A DNA stretch of 64,000 nucleotides, taken from contig NC_057750.1 in the NCBI RefSeq assembly GCF_004010195.1, positions 17,302,680 through 17,366,679 of the forward strand, in the 5' to 3' direction. This DNA is from Chiloscyllium plagiosum. Taxonomy: Eukaryota. Positions 48,601-62,330 of the stretch are shown one piece after another (positions within the stretch are counted from its first letter, which is position 1; every line of letters begins with the position of its first letter). The position numbers and the translations under genes were made by a program. The notes under the pieces are model-generated. The model was given only the letters and a program-made list of their open reading frames with translations, was not told where the DNA came from and ran no database searches.

Positions 48601-50024
48601 TTTCGATGCTGCAGTGAGGAACATGTGGAAGCCACTCTCCAAATATGTAGGGAATTAGAATGAATAGTGTGTCTGAAGAAAAGGAGGTCGGAGTATTCCT
48701 TCTTTTCATTGGTCCACAAGGAAGCCCCAAATAAAGTTACAGTATTAACTTGCAAATCTTTCTGAGTGTGCCCACTCCATAGGGTCTGATCTGGGGCTGT
48801 CCGCACAATGAGTGTGCAGACTATAATAGCCCACTGGTGACAATGACCAGAACGGGTGGATGTTGTGTTCCTAACAGCGGGGCAGAACTCTCCTCCTGAC
48901 TCCCCAGAGTCCATCTGCCATCTACAAGGCACATTGTCAGGAGCGTGGTGGAAGACTCTCCATTTGCCTGGATCAGTGCAGGTTCACCAACATTCAAGAA
49001 ACTCCATAACATTCATATAAAATATTCCGCCTGGTTGGTATCACATCTATCACCTCCCCTTCACAACCAACGAACGGTAGCACCAGAGTGTACCAAAAGA
49101 TGCATTGCAGTAAGTTATCCAAGGCCACGACCTCCATCAAGAAGCATATTGGAATACTGGCATCTGCAAGTTTTGCTCTATCCAGCATTGGTCATAGATC
49201 ACCATTCCTTCAAAATCACTGGGTCCACATTCCCGGTTCTCACTAATGGCACTATGGGAGCACCTTCACAACATGGACTAAGAAGAAGATCATCTGCCTG
49301 AGGGGATTTCTGAAAGGAAATGTAACCATGGGAAGTGAATGTTGGTCTTATCAGGAATGAATAAAACATTGCTCAGATTTGTGTGCACAAGTCACATGGC
49401 TCCATCAGAATCTCTATGTTTCTATTTCCATCTCTATGTCTTATGCTACCTTGTTTGTGAATCTGACTTCCTATTTCCTGTTGTGATACTGCCACAGCAG
49501 TTAGCCAGCCTCTGGGCTCAGTCACTGTTAAAAAATACCTCACTGAGATATACTTCTGCAACACACTGCATTTCTGAAACTGTGTGGAGTTACAACTTCC
49601 CTCTGTAACTAGCAGGCATGAGCTGAGACCTGTTCCCACTCCCACTTCAGTACTCAATATTAGGCACCTTTTCGATTGGTGTTCCCATGATATAGCAACA
49701 TATTATTTTCCAGTAATTAAGTCAGAATTTGAAGGGGCAACATTTATCGCCATCTGCCTGGATATACCCAACGTTACTCCGCTAGTACTGCCTAGAAATC
49801 AATACCCTCAATACAAAGCAGTTCAGAGCTCTTGAGTTTGTAGACGGTGGGGATGTTACTGTATTTGACGGTGCATTGGGTTCCTTTCTTACATTGACCC
49901 TGTAATCCATCCAGGCTGTTTCATGTAGTTGTGATTCCTTATCGCGATTCCTTTACATACCCCAGCCCACCTAAAAAAGCCACAAAATCAGTTTGGGGCA
50001 AAAAAGATCTCGGAAACATCTCTG

Positions 50025-50410
50025 GCTGTAGGGCGACAGAACTTGGCCATATGTATGTCGAGCTTAGAGATGCAGAGTTTGGTCATAGGGATGAAGATCC
50101 TGGGCATAGGAATGCAAAACTTTAACCCAGGTCTACATAGCTTGTTCATAGAGATGCAGATCCTGGTGGTAGAGATGTGCAAAGTTTGGTTTTAGGAATG
50201 CAGAACCTTGTTTTATCTCCACAGAGCTTGCTGGCAGGGATGCAAAGTTTAGTCATAAAAAATGCAGAATCTGTTGATGGGGTTTGCAGAACTTAGTTGT
50301 AGGTATCTAAAGCTGGTCATAGGTATGCAAAGGTTAGCCCATCAGTATGCAAAGACCTTGGCTACAGTCACACAAAGCATGGCATTTAGTACATGGAGCT
50401 TGGCCACAAG
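50025..50410. repeat. Highly diverged ~21-bp tandem repeat (gatgcagagcttggtcatagg-like)
   Basis: Recurrent atgcag/atgcaa...ttggtcatagg periodicity over ~18 units. Confidence 0.65.
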
Positions 50411-51611
50411 TATTTAGCATTTGTTACCTTTGTACAGAACCTGAAATTAAATAAACTGTTTAGGCCATAGAAGTTACAGATCTCGATGTGATGTTGCTGT
50501 TTAGGACATTTTCCCACTCACTTTCCTCATCATCTGAGGACACTCCTGCCTTTATTTAAGAGAATTGCAGCCTATGCATTTAATTAAACCATGCGCCTGT
50601 TTCCTTTATAGAAAAAAAAACTAAGGAACTTGTACAAATATGAAATCAAATTTCATATCTTTTTTTAAATAGCATGGTAATAGCCTGAAGTGAATTTAAT
50701 CTAAATTATCTTTATATACAAGTGCTAGTAGAAGAACTTCAGATTCTTCCCCAGAGTGTCATTTAGTGGCAAGAATCTGCAGCTACAGCATCATGACAGG
50801 CGGCATGGGAGAAAATGAATTCAGAAGTGACTTACATTTATATAGAACCTTTCATGACCTCAAGATGTCTCAAAGCGCTTGACAGAAAACGGAGTATTTT
50901 TGAAGTGTGGTCACTATAGTGATGTGGAGAAACAATTGCCGTTTATAATGTTGTATGTTGACACAAACGTGACTGAAAAGAATTGACAATAGGAGCAGTG
51001 TTTGTGGTCTGGACATATACATCATGAAACAGATTCTGAACAATTAATGTAGAAGCATTAACTTTGCTTTTCTGAAAGGATTAAGACCCATGATTTGAAC
51101 AATTATTTTAAAGCTGCATGTCTCTGGACTCTCAGAACCAAGTTCATTGAGCTTGCCTTCAGAACACAGAAGGGAAAATTGACAGGGAACGAAAAAACAG
51201 CTACACCCCTCATTTAGTTACATAAAAGAGTGCTAATACAAATACCTTTTTATGGGTGTGCATATTTGGTGAAGCCATGATACACTTTGATTGCACGTTG
51301 CTCGTGATGGAATTCCAGTGAGGCATTGGGATTGCTAGCATGTGTGCATGATCTGGAGTCATAATAGTTCAAAGAAGTTTGTTGCCTGGTTTCAGCTTTG
51401 GAGGTGTTTTGGATAAGCCTCAGTTGGGAAACACACTTCAGTGTAAAAAAGCTCTGGGAAGGATTTGTAACTTACTATGTCTGTATCGGATGCCACAGAT
51501 TGCCCAGTGATCTTTGGGTGTAATATGGGCACAGTGTCACTGGGCAGGTGATGGTTCCAAGCCATGATAAATCAAATCAACTAAACTCCTTGTACATTTC
51601 CTGCTTCGAAG

Positions 51612-51746
51612 GTTAAAGAACTTTGAGGCAGGAGGAGCCTACAAGAAGGTGTGGGGGAATAACCAGGATGGTGTGGTGGCCAGCCAGCCTGCCCGGGTGA
51701 TGGACGATCGGGAACAGATGGCTATGAGCGGCGGATACATCCGAAG
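51612..51746 (+). CDS. SNAP25: SNAP-25/SNAP-23 family exon 6 (linker)
   Basis: 135-bp exon between ttcgaAG and GTaaac; encodes (K)[44 protein letters not shown](R), including the conserved QPARV membrane-targeting motif; phases match flanking exons. Confidence 0.97.
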
Positions 51747-53443
51747 GTAAACCGTTTAGGTTTGCGGAGATCAGATGTTAGAAATCCCCATTGGAAAGAT
51801 GTTCAATGGGCAGTCTTAGCTATAAGGTTCTCCTTCTGCACCTATACATTAGTTATCAATGTGTGCTGAAAGTTAAGAGGGATGTTAAATGTGGCCTAGC
51901 CAGTGATACCCATGTTCCCTTGAATGAATAATTAAGAAAAATGTTTTAGGTTGCAGCTGGAATAGTAGCGGAAGTAGACCATTCGGCCCCTCGAGCCTAC
52001 TCAAGAAGACCATGGCTGATCGCTTGTGTGTTGACTTCCACATTCCCCAATAACCTCTGATTACATTCCCTAAAGAGACTGTATCCACCTTTAGCTTAAA
52101 AATCAATCACCTCTCTTGTGGCGCAGTGGAGGTTTCCTTATCCCTGGACCACGAGGCCCAGGTTCAAGTCCCACCTGCTCCAGACGTGTGGAATAAGGTT
52201 TCTGAACAGGTTGATTAGAAAATTGGATTAAGTAAAACAATAATTCAATAAACTGCCTCTGCAGCAAAGAGTTACAAAGTCACACAACCCTCAGAGAGAA
52301 AAGCCTCTTCATCTCTATCCTGAAAAATCTTCCCAATGTAGATAGAAACATGGCTCCTGTTGTTCAAGGCTTTTAAGCAAAGATTTTATTTTTTCACATG
52401 GTAAACAAGCTCATTAGGGGCTCCTCTTCAAATGCTAGGACCCAATTGGCAGCTGAAATGTGGAGTATAAATACTGTCGTACACAGCAAGATATAACTCT
52501 GCCAATAAGTGACACTAAGTGGAGTTTGGATGCTCTGTGAAAGAACAGAGAAAGAGAGAGAGAATGCTCTGCATTGACTGCTGTAGATCCAAGTGTTAAC
52601 CCGACATCGTGGTCGGCATGACTCCTCTGCTTTCTGATGAGAACTGTGACAACCCAGTTGTCTACAGCCATTTCAAGCCCCTCAGTGACTAAAACCCACA
52701 TGAGTTTGCAAAGAAACCTGTGTCTAACAAGGTCGTGCAGCATGGGAGGAAGCTTCATTAATACAATGTGCCTGTGATAGCCTTTTAGTGGAGCTTTGTA
52801 ATCAGCCCCACTTCCCAGTTAGTTCCCAGTCATCTCGTCAAAGTTTTCTTTTTAAACATGACTGAGCAGGATTTAACCTTGCAAGTGGGAGAGCAGTCTG
52901 CTGGCAGTTTGTGTGATCCACAGTCTGTCTAGATATATTGTACCTCAGTCATTGTTTTAATGCACTAATTCCGTGTTTTCTGACCAGTTGGTATGAGTGG
53001 GCACATTGATAACCCACATGAGTCGAGTTAGATTCCAATATTTAAAGAAATGCTGCAGCCATTAAGTTACTGAAACTGGGATACTGACAGAAGCAATTGA
53101 CAGGATAGAGAACAAATGTTCAAAAGCTGTTTGTCAGTTCAGTGACCCTTCTCTGCCTGCACTGATGGGGCAGGGAGATATACTTCCTCACCACGAGATG
53201 GATAAAGCTGTACATTGATGGAGTGGCCATCCTGAGGATTCATGAGCACTCCTATTGATTGTATGCATTGTGTGGAGGCCCTGTTCCTATAGGCCTGTTC
53301 TGCCCTGTGCCTATGGGAAGCCTATGGGTCTGTTCTGCCCTGTGCCTATGGCTCCATTATGTCCTTTGACTATGGGAAGCCATCAGAATCCACAAAGCTG
53401 AGTCCCTGCTTGTTCTCACTTGCATCATCACAGGAAATTTTGA

Positions 53444-56400
53444 CATAGGTCATAGAGATGTACAGCATGGAAACAGACCCTTCGGTCCAACCTGTCCATG
53501 CCGACCAGATATCCCAACCCAATCTAGTCCCACCAGTCCCTCCAAACCCTTCCTATTCGTATACCCATCCAAATGTCTCTTAAATGTTGTAATTGTACCA
53601 GCCTCCACCACTTCCTTTGGCAGCTCATTCCATAAACGTACCACCCTCTGTGTGAAAAAGTTGCCCCTTAGGTCTCTTTTATAATTTTCCCCTCTCACCC
53701 TAAACCTATGCCCTCTAGTTCTGGACTCCTCCCCAGGGAAAATACTTTGTCTATTTATCCTATCCATGCTCCTCATAATTTTGTAAACCTCTGTAAGGTC
53801 ACTCCTCAGCTTCCGACACTCCAGGGAAAAAAGCCCGAGACTGTTCAGTCTCTCCCTACATCTGAAATCCTCCAACCCTGGCAACATCCTTGTAAATCTT
53901 TTCTGAACCCTTTCAAGTTTCACAACATCTTTCCGATAGAAAGGAGACCAGAATTGCATGCAATATTCCAACAGTGGCCTAACCAATGTCCTGTACAGCC
54001 GCAACACGACCTCCCAACTCCTGTACTCAATACTCTGACCAATAAAGGAAAGATTACCAAACACCTCCTTCACTATCCTATCTACCTGCGACTCCACTTT
54101 CAAGGAGCCATGAACCTGCACTCCAAGGTCTCTTTGTTCAGCAACACTCCCTAGGTTCTTACCATTAAGTGTATAAGTCCTGCTAAGATTTGCTTTCTCA
54201 AAATGCAGTTCCTCGCATTTATCTGAATTAAACTCTATCTGCCATTTCTTAGCCATTGGCCCATCTGGTCAAGATCCTGTTGTAATGTTAGGAAACCTTC
54301 TTCGCTCTCCACTACACCTTCAATTTTGATGTCATCAGCAAACTTACTAACTATACCTCTTATGCTCGCATCCAAATCATTTATATAAATTACAAAAAGT
54401 AGAGTACCCAGCATCGATCCTTGTGGTACTCCACTGGTTACAGGCCTCCAGTCTGAAACACAACCCTCACCATCACCCTCTGTCTTCTACCTTTGAGCCA
54501 GTACAGTTCTCCCTGTATTTCGTGAGATCTAACCTTGCTAACCAGTTTTCTATGGGGAACCTTGTCAAACACCTTATTTAAGTCCATATAGATCACATCT
54601 ATATGGACTTTACGGGCGGCACGGTGGCACAGTGGTTAGCACTGCTGCCTCACAGCGCCAGAGACCCAGGTACAATTCCCACCTCAGGCAACTGTGTGGA
54701 GTTTGCACATTCTCCCCTGTCTGTGTGGGTTTCCTCTGGGTGCTCCAGTTTCCTCCCACAGACTAAACATGTGCAGGTCAGGTGAATTGGCCATGCTAAA
54801 TTGCCCGTAGTGTTAGGTGAAGAGGTAATTGTAGGGGAATGGGTCTGGGTGGCTTGCGCTTCAGCGGGCCAGTGTGGACTTGTTGGGCCGAAGGGCCTGT
54901 TTCCACACTGTAAGTAATCTAATCTAATCTGTAATCTAATCTAATCTACCGTCCTGCCCTTATCAATCCTCTTTGTTACTTCCTGAAGAAACTCAACCAA
55001 GTTTGTGAGACATGATTTCCCACGCACAAAGCCATGTTGACTATCCCTAATCAGTCCTTGCCTTTCCAAATACATGTACACCCTGTCCCTCAGGATTCTC
55101 TCCAACAACTTGCCCACCACCGACATCAGGCTCACTGGTCTATAGTTCCCTGGCTTGTCCTTTCTTAAACAGTGGCACCACGTTAGCCAACCTCCAGTCT
55201 TCCGTCACCTCACCTCTGACTATCGATAATACCAGTATCTCAGCAAGAGGCCCAACAATCACTTCCCTAGCTTCCCACAGAGTTCTAGGTACACCTGATC
55301 GGGTCCTGGGGATTTATCCACCTTTATGCGTTTCAAGACATCCAGCACTTCCTCCTCTATAATAGGGACATTTTAAAAGATGTCACCATCTGTTTCCCTA
55401 CATTCTATATCTACCATATCCTTTTCCACGGTAAATACTGATGCAAAATACTCATTTAGTATCTTCCCCATTTTCTGTGGCTCCACACAAAGGCTGCCTT
55501 GGTGATCTTTGAGTGGCCCTATTCTCTCCCTAGTTACCGTTTTGTCCTTAATGTATTTATAAAAACCCTTTGGATTCTGCTTAATGCTATTGCCAAAGCT
55601 ATCTCATGTCCCCTTTTTGCCCTCCTGACTTCCCTCTTAAGTATTCGCCTACTGCCTTTATACTCTTCTGCCTTTATACACTCGATCTATCCTGTCTATA
55701 CCTGACATATGCTTCTTTCTTTTTCTTAACCCAACTCTCAATTTCTTTAGTCATCCAGCATTCCGTGTGCCTACCAGCCTTTCCTTTCACCCAAACAGGA
55801 AGATACTTTCTCTGGATTCTCGTTATCTCATTTCTGAAGGCTTCCCATTTTCCAGATGTCCCTTTACCCGTGAACATCTGCCCCCAATCAGCTTTTGAAA
55901 GTTCTTGCCTAATACCATCAAAATTAGCCTTTCTCCAATTTAGAACTTAAACTTTTAGATCTGGTCTATCCTTTTCCATCATTATTTTAAATTTAATAGA
56001 ATTATGGTCGCTGGCCACAAAGTGCTCACCCACAGACACCTCAGTCACCTGCCCTGCCTTATTTCCCAAGAGTAGGTCACGTTTTGCACCTTCTCTAATA
56101 GGTACACCCACATACTGAATCAGAACTTGTCTTGTACACACTTAACAAATTCCTCTCCATCTAAACCTTTGACACTATGGCAGTCCCAGTCAATGTTTGG
56201 TAAGTTAAAATCCCTACCAAAACAAACCTATTATTCTTACAGATAGTTGAGATCTCCTTACAAGTTTGTTTCTCAATTTCCCTCTGACTATTAGGGGGTC
56301 TATAATACAATCCCAATAAGGTGATCATCCCTTTTTTATTTCTCAGTTCCCTGGATGTATATCCGGGAATATCCTCCCTCCGTACAGCTGTAATGCTATC

Positions 56401-57910
56401 CCTTATCAAAAACGCCATTCCCTCACCTCTCTTGCCTCCCTTTCTATCCTTCCTGTAGCATTTGTATCCTGGAACATTAAGCTGCCAGTCCTGCCCATCC
56501 CTGAGCCATGTTTCTGTAATTGCTATGATATCCCAGTCCCATGTTCCTAACCATGCCCTGAGTTCATCTGCCTTCCCTGTTACGCCCCTTGCATTGAAAT
56601 AAATGCAGTTTAATTTATTAGTCCTACCTTGTCCCAGCCTGCCCTGACTGTTTGACTCACTTCTGTTCTCAACTGTACCAGTCTCAGATCGATCTCTTTC
56701 CTCACTATCTCCCTGACCTCCCCCACCCCCCCCACCTTAGTAGTTTAAATCCTCCCGAGCAACTCTAGCAAATCTCCCTGCCAGTATATTAGTCCCTTTC
56801 CAATTTAGGTGCAATCCGTCCTTCTTGTACAGGTCACTTCTACCCCAAAAGAGATTCCAATGATCCAAAAAATGTGAATTCCTCTCCCAAACACCAGCTC
56901 CTCAGCCATGCATTTATCTGCTCTATCCTCCCATTCCTGGCCTCACTAGCTCGTAGCATCGGGAGTAATCCACATATTACTATTCTGCCTTATTTCCCAA
57001 GAGTAGGTCAAGTTTTGCACCTTCTCTAATAGGTATACCCACAAACTGTATCATAAATTGTCTTGTACACATTTAACAAATTCCTCTCCATCTAAACCTT
57101 TGACACTATGGCAGTCCCAGTCGATGTTTGGTAAGTTAAAATCCCCTACCATAACAAACCTATTTAAATTCTTTTTAATGCCATTTCCTCAAAAAATCAG
57201 AATGGTGTATTGTTTCCCTGGTGCCAGGATCAAGGATGTTTGTGCTACGTTCCCCTGTGAATCGATCACCCCCTACATTTTCCAAAACAGCATACTTGTT
57301 TGAAATGGGGATACCACAGAAGACTCCTACACTAACTGCCTACCTCTCTTACCTTTCCTGGATTTAACCATCTATGTGACTGTATCTAAGACTCCCCTCC
57401 CCTTCCTATAACTGCCATCTATCGCGTACCGTTGCTGTTTCAAATTCCTCTTTGTCTCTAACTGTCTCTCCAACTGATCCATTCGATCTGATAGGATTCG
57501 CAATCAACAGCATTTATTACAGATATAATCTACAGTAACCCGTAATTCTCCTTAAACTCCTACATCTGACAAGAAGCGCATATCACTCTACTAAAGGCCA
57601 TTTTTGCTTCTTCACAATCTACAGACCCAGAAAATAACACCGTCTTATTCCTCTATTTATTCCAGGTTAATTTAATAGTTATGGCTTATATTTTAAGTTT
57701 AATCAAGAGATATATCTCAAAAAACATATAATCAAGAAAGAACCCACTCTACTCACTACTGTAGACTTTCAGTAGGCCACACTTAAAACAATTCACTTAT
57801 CTGTTTCTGTGCTGTGACTTCGCCCAGTTTCTCCAAGATCAGTTGTGAATTTCACTGGTTGTTAATTTTCCCAGACTCACTCTGATGTCCAGCAAAACAT
57901 GAATTCAAAC
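53444..57910 (-). mobile_element. Near full-length but disrupted CR1 LINE (5' UTR, ORF1 zinc-finger/esterase, ORF2 endonuclease-RT, 3' tail)
   Basis: ORF1 start MAFSRVICASCQM...DYICNKC near 57601; endonuclease LLGLYYRPPNS and EHFVASDHN; RT SQHGFVRGKSCLTNL; 268-aa C-terminal ORF 53450-54256; frameshifts, an HE1 insertion and an internal rearrangement. Confidence 0.93.
54614..54946 (+). mobile_element. HE1/V-SINE nested in CR1
   Basis: gggcggcacggtggcacagtggttagc head to (aatct)n tail. Confidence 0.93.
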
Positions 57911-58285
57911 AGCAAATGATCAACAGCTTAAGCATTTCTGGGTGACTGGCTGTGAGTTTTGGCAAATAGAGTCATAGAGATGTACAGCATGGAAACAGAC
58001 CCTTCGGTCCAATTCATCCATGCCGACCAGTTATCCAAACCCAGTCTAGTCCCACCTGCCAGCACCTGGCCCATATTCCTCCAAACCCTGTCTGCGATAG
58101 CAGTCTGAAAGGAATCAGAGTTTCCAAGTGGAAGATAGTGGTGGCTGTGCCACCAGGTCCATTTGGCAACAGGTCTTCCAGCACGTTACTGCTGTCTCCA
58201 GGGGGAAGATGATGATGCAGTGGTAATATCACTGGATGAGTAATCTAATGTAAAGCTCTGGGAACATGGGTTCAAAACCCACCAT

Positions 58286-58515
58286 CAGAGTTAAAATTAG
58301 AGTGGTGCTGGAAAAGGACAGCAGGTCAGGCAGCATCTGAGGAGCAGGAAGATCGGCGTTTCGGGCAAAAGCCCTTCATTCTCATTCCTGATGAACGGCT
58401 TTTGCCCGAACATCGACTTTCCTGCACCTCGGATGCTGCCTGACCTGCTGTACTTTTCCAGCACCACTCTAATCTTTGACTCTGATCTCCAGCATCTACA
58501 GTACTCATTTTTGCC
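58286..58515. mobile_element. Foldback element (family B) with hammerhead-like cores on both strands
   Basis: Inverted arms; + strand CTGATGA (58388-58394) acggcttttgccc GAA catc; minus strand aagggcttttgcccGAAACGCC; 14-bp TSD tcaaaRcccaccat (58272-58285, 58516-58529; 1 mismatch). Confidence 0.8.
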
Positions 58516-58644
58516 TCAAAGCCCACCATGGCAGCTGGTGGAATTTAACTTGATTAATAATTCTCGATTTGAAAGCTAATCTCAGTGATGGTGATTATAA
58601 AACTTCATTTATTGCTATACAAACCCATCTGGTTCACTATAGAA

Positions 58645-59715
58645 TTGTTACAGAAGGAGATAGTTCAACCTATCATGCCAGTACCGGCTCATTAATGTAG
58701 TATCGTTACCTGGTGCCAATCTCCTTTTTTCCTATATACTTGCACATTATTTTTATCCAATTTAACATCCATTGCCTCAATTGAACCTGCCTCCACACAT
58801 TTCCATACCCTGTTGACTTGCTGAGTAAAACTGTTTTCCCTCATGTTACCTTTGCTTCCTTTGTAGATCACTTTAAATCTATGCCTTCTTGTCCTTGATC
58901 GTTTTAAGAGTGGGAACAGTTTCTCACTATATGGTATACTCTGTCCAACCGAGAAATGACTTTCGAAATCTTTCCTCTCAGCCTTCTTCTTCCAAGGAGA
59001 TCATTTCCAACTTCTTCAGTCTATCCTCATAACTGAAGTTTCTCATCTCTGGAACCATTCTTGTAAAGCACTCCTGCTGTCTCTCCAATGCATTCATGTC
59101 TTTCCCAAAATGTGGTGCCCAGAACTATACACAATATTCCAGCTCTTTAACAAGAGTTTTACAAAAGTTCAATGTCACCACCTTGCTCTTGCGCTCCATG
59201 CCCCTATTAATAAAGCTGAGGATACTGTATGCTTTATTAAGTTCTCTCTCCACCTGTTCTGCCACCTTAAATGGTCTGTTGTCCTACATTCAGGCCCCTC
59301 TGCTCCTGCATTCTTTTAGAATTTTATATTGTCTTTCAATGTTCTTCTGATCAAAATGTATCACCTCATACCTCTCTGCATTAAACCTAATCTGCACCTA
59401 TCTGCCCACTCCACCAACACTGTCCTCTTCACAGTTTATAAATCTTCCAAGTTTTGTATCATCTGCAAATTTGAAAATTGCCCCTGCACACAAAAACCTA
59501 GATCATTAATATATATCAGGCAAAGCAGAGGTTCCAATACTGAGCCCTGAGGAACTCCACTACAAATCTTCCTCCAGCCTGAAAAGTATCCATTCAGCAT
59601 TACTGTCTGTTTCCTATCACTCAGCCCATTTTTGTATCCAGTTTGCTACTGACTCTTTTATTGCACGACCTATGACCTCCTTCAGAAGTCTGTTATGTGG
59701 CATTGTTTCAAAAGC
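58645..59715 (-). mobile_element. CR1 LINE fragment (RT to 3' end)
   Basis: Reverse of KFADDTKLG (59450-59470), GVPQGSVL (59530-59557), EYCV.FWAPHF. Confidence 0.82.
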
Positions 59716-59741
59716 AGAACCTTTCTATTAAGGTAGTTCTT

Positions 59742-60031
59742 GATTAGATTAGATCCCCTACAGTGTGGAAACAGGCCCTTCGGCCCAACCAGTCCACACT
59801 GACCCTCCGAAGAGTAAACCACCCAGACCCATTTTCCCTTTGACTAATGCACCTAACACTATGGGCAATTTAGCGTGGCCAATTCACCTGACCTGCACAT
59901 CTTTGGATTGTGGGAGGAAACCCACGCAGACACGTGGAGAATGTACAAACTCCACACAGACAGATGCCTGAGGCTGGAAATGAACCTAGGACCCTGGTGC
60001 TGTGAGGCAGTAGTGCTAACCACTGAGCCAC
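59742..60031 (-). mobile_element. HE1/V-SINE
   Basis: Reverse HE1 with (tagat)n tail. Confidence 0.9.
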
Positions 60032-61310
60032 TTGTTAGGGAAGGAAATCTGCTGTCCTTACCTAGTCTGGCCTACATGTGACTCCAAACGCAAAGCAATT
60101 GAGTTAACTGTTGAGTTCCGAAGAAGTGTTACTGAACTCAAAAAATTGACCCTATCTTCTCTCCACAGTTGCTGCTAGACCTACTAAGTTTCTCCAGCAA
60201 TTTCAGTTTTTCTTTCAGATTTCCAGCATCCACAGTTCTTTGTTTTTTTTTCATTTAGTAGTTGGCTCTTTTCTGCTGCCTGAAATGGCTGTATCAAAAT
60301 GCTTAGCTCCAGGGCAATTAGGGATGGGCAACAGATGCTGGCTGTGCCAGAAATGCCCACATCCCATGAAGAGCCAAAATAAAAAGCCCTGACCGCAAAA
60401 TCCTTGATCTGACCTCTTTAACAAATCTCCACACCTGTCTGAAACTGGTCCAGCTGAGAATCTACGACTTTGACATGCACAGGAAGCTTTCATCTGCCTG
60501 TACCTGGGTGCTCCATTGTGTTAAACCTGTCTGCTACAGGTCTGTAAGCAGCACTCTGTAGCCCTAGCTTGTTCTATTACTGAATCTTACCTGAGGTCCA
60601 ACATATTGCAGCATGAGCAACAGCCAAGGTAGGCTGACAGAGTTCCAGAATGTATATTGTAGAAAGCACCTCTAGAGCTGTAAAACTAATATGTAAGGAA
60701 CTTGTGGTGCAGGAAGGTAAGAAAGCCACTGTGAAATGTCATTATTCATTGGTATCTTTCCCTGACATTTCCTCAATGCTTTCCATTCACATTGTTTACT
60801 CGCCAGCTATTACTAACTACCTCCAGAAAGCCAGGGAAACTCATGAACCCATGATTAAAGAACAAAAACATTTTAACTTTTCTGTAATTGACCTAATTGT
60901 CTAGTGAAGAGCCACATTTCTGAAATGTACAGGATATTTCTTTCTGCGCAAGTATTGCCAGAGATGTTTAGGAATTCCCTAACACTTGTTTTTCCTTCAG
61001 TTTTCCAATAATCATAATATTTTATTTTATTGAAGGTGGCTAACCCTTTAATGGTCCCTTTAAACTGTCAGTCAGAGTGGGAAATCAAACACCTTGCTGA
61101 AATAGTTGTAGCTTTTGAAACTCAGCCAAGCATTCAAAATGATATAATAGTGGCCCTTAGGGAAATGTGAGTGGAGACCTCTGTTGAAACTGTGTAATCA
61201 GGTGATAATCTTTTACCAACCAATAGCAAATGCTTTGTTAATTTAAGCAGTTCTGTAACTTTTTTTAAAAAAATTAAAAGTTTTTAAATTCTCACTGACA
61301 GCTTTCATTA

Positions 61311-61615
61311 CACAGTGGCACAGTGGTTAGCACTGCTGCCTCACAGCGCCAGAGACCCGGGTTCAGTTCCCACCTCAGGCGACTCTGTGTGGAGTTTGCA
61401 CGTTCTCCCCGTGTCTGCGTGGGTTTCCTCCAGGTGCTCCGGTTTCCTCCCACAGTCCAAAAATGTGCAGGTTAGGTGAATTGGCCACGCTAAATTGCCC
61501 GTAGTGTTAGGTAAGGGGCAAATGTATGGGTGGGTTGCGCTTCGGCGGGTCGGTGTGGACTTGTTGGGCCGAAGGGCCTGTTTCCACACTGTAAAGTAAT
61601 CTAATCTAATCTAAT
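61311..61615 (+). mobile_element. HE1/V-SINE
   Basis: HE1 head, V domain and (aatct)n tail. Confidence 0.93.
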
Positions 61616-62044
61616 TACAATCCTCAGACCATGCACCTAAAAACACCTTATTGACCCTTCATGATTGTACACATCTGCTTTATAAATTTGTGACTCTCAC
61701 ATTTTGAGAGTCTTTGCAAACACCAAATTGGGGTCTGTCTGAACTCAGCACTAAGTTCAAATGGCCCTGATGAGCATGGCATTCCTTCTTATGTGAATCA
61801 CACTTCTCTCCTTTTCCCACAGTGACTAAAATTGGAGCTGTAAGAAATGGGAATTTGATTTTGCACCCACTCCATTTAAAAGCGTGCAACGTCCTCCCCA
61901 GACGGTGAAGGTGTGATCCTCGAGGTGTCACCACACTTTTAAAGTTGTCTGATTATTTTGGTCTGGAAGAGAAATCCATCACAGATGGTGTCTTCACACC
62001 TGAAAGACATTGAATTCGAGGAACACTGCTAACCATCAGAATGA

Positions 62045-62330
62045 TGCTGGAAGAACACAGAAAGGCAGGCAGCATCAGGAGGGAGAGGGAACACAGCAAG
62101 GCAGGCAGCATCAGGAGGCTGGGGGAACACAGCAAGCCAGGCAGCATCAGGAGGCTGGGGAAACACAGCAAGCCAGGAAGCATCAGGAGGCTGGGGGAAT
62201 GCAGCAAGGCAGGCAGCATCAGGAGGCTGGGGGAACACAGCAAAGCAGGCAGCATCAGGAAGCCTTGCTGTGTTCCCTCAGCCTCCTGCCTGTCTATTTT
62301 GGATTCCAGTATCTGCAGTTTGTTTGTCTC
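62045..62330. repeat. 36-bp tandem repeat (gcaggcagcatcaggaggctgggggaacacagcaag, ~6 copies) followed by an inverted arm
   Basis: 12-aa periodicity in ORFs; 62264-62290 (cttgctgtgttccctcagcctcctg) is the reverse complement of the unit. Confidence 0.85.

Noticed and set aside
53450..54256. 268-aa ORF as a host gene
   Set aside because: It is the C-terminal part of CR1 ORF2 in a frameshifted, SINE-interrupted element.
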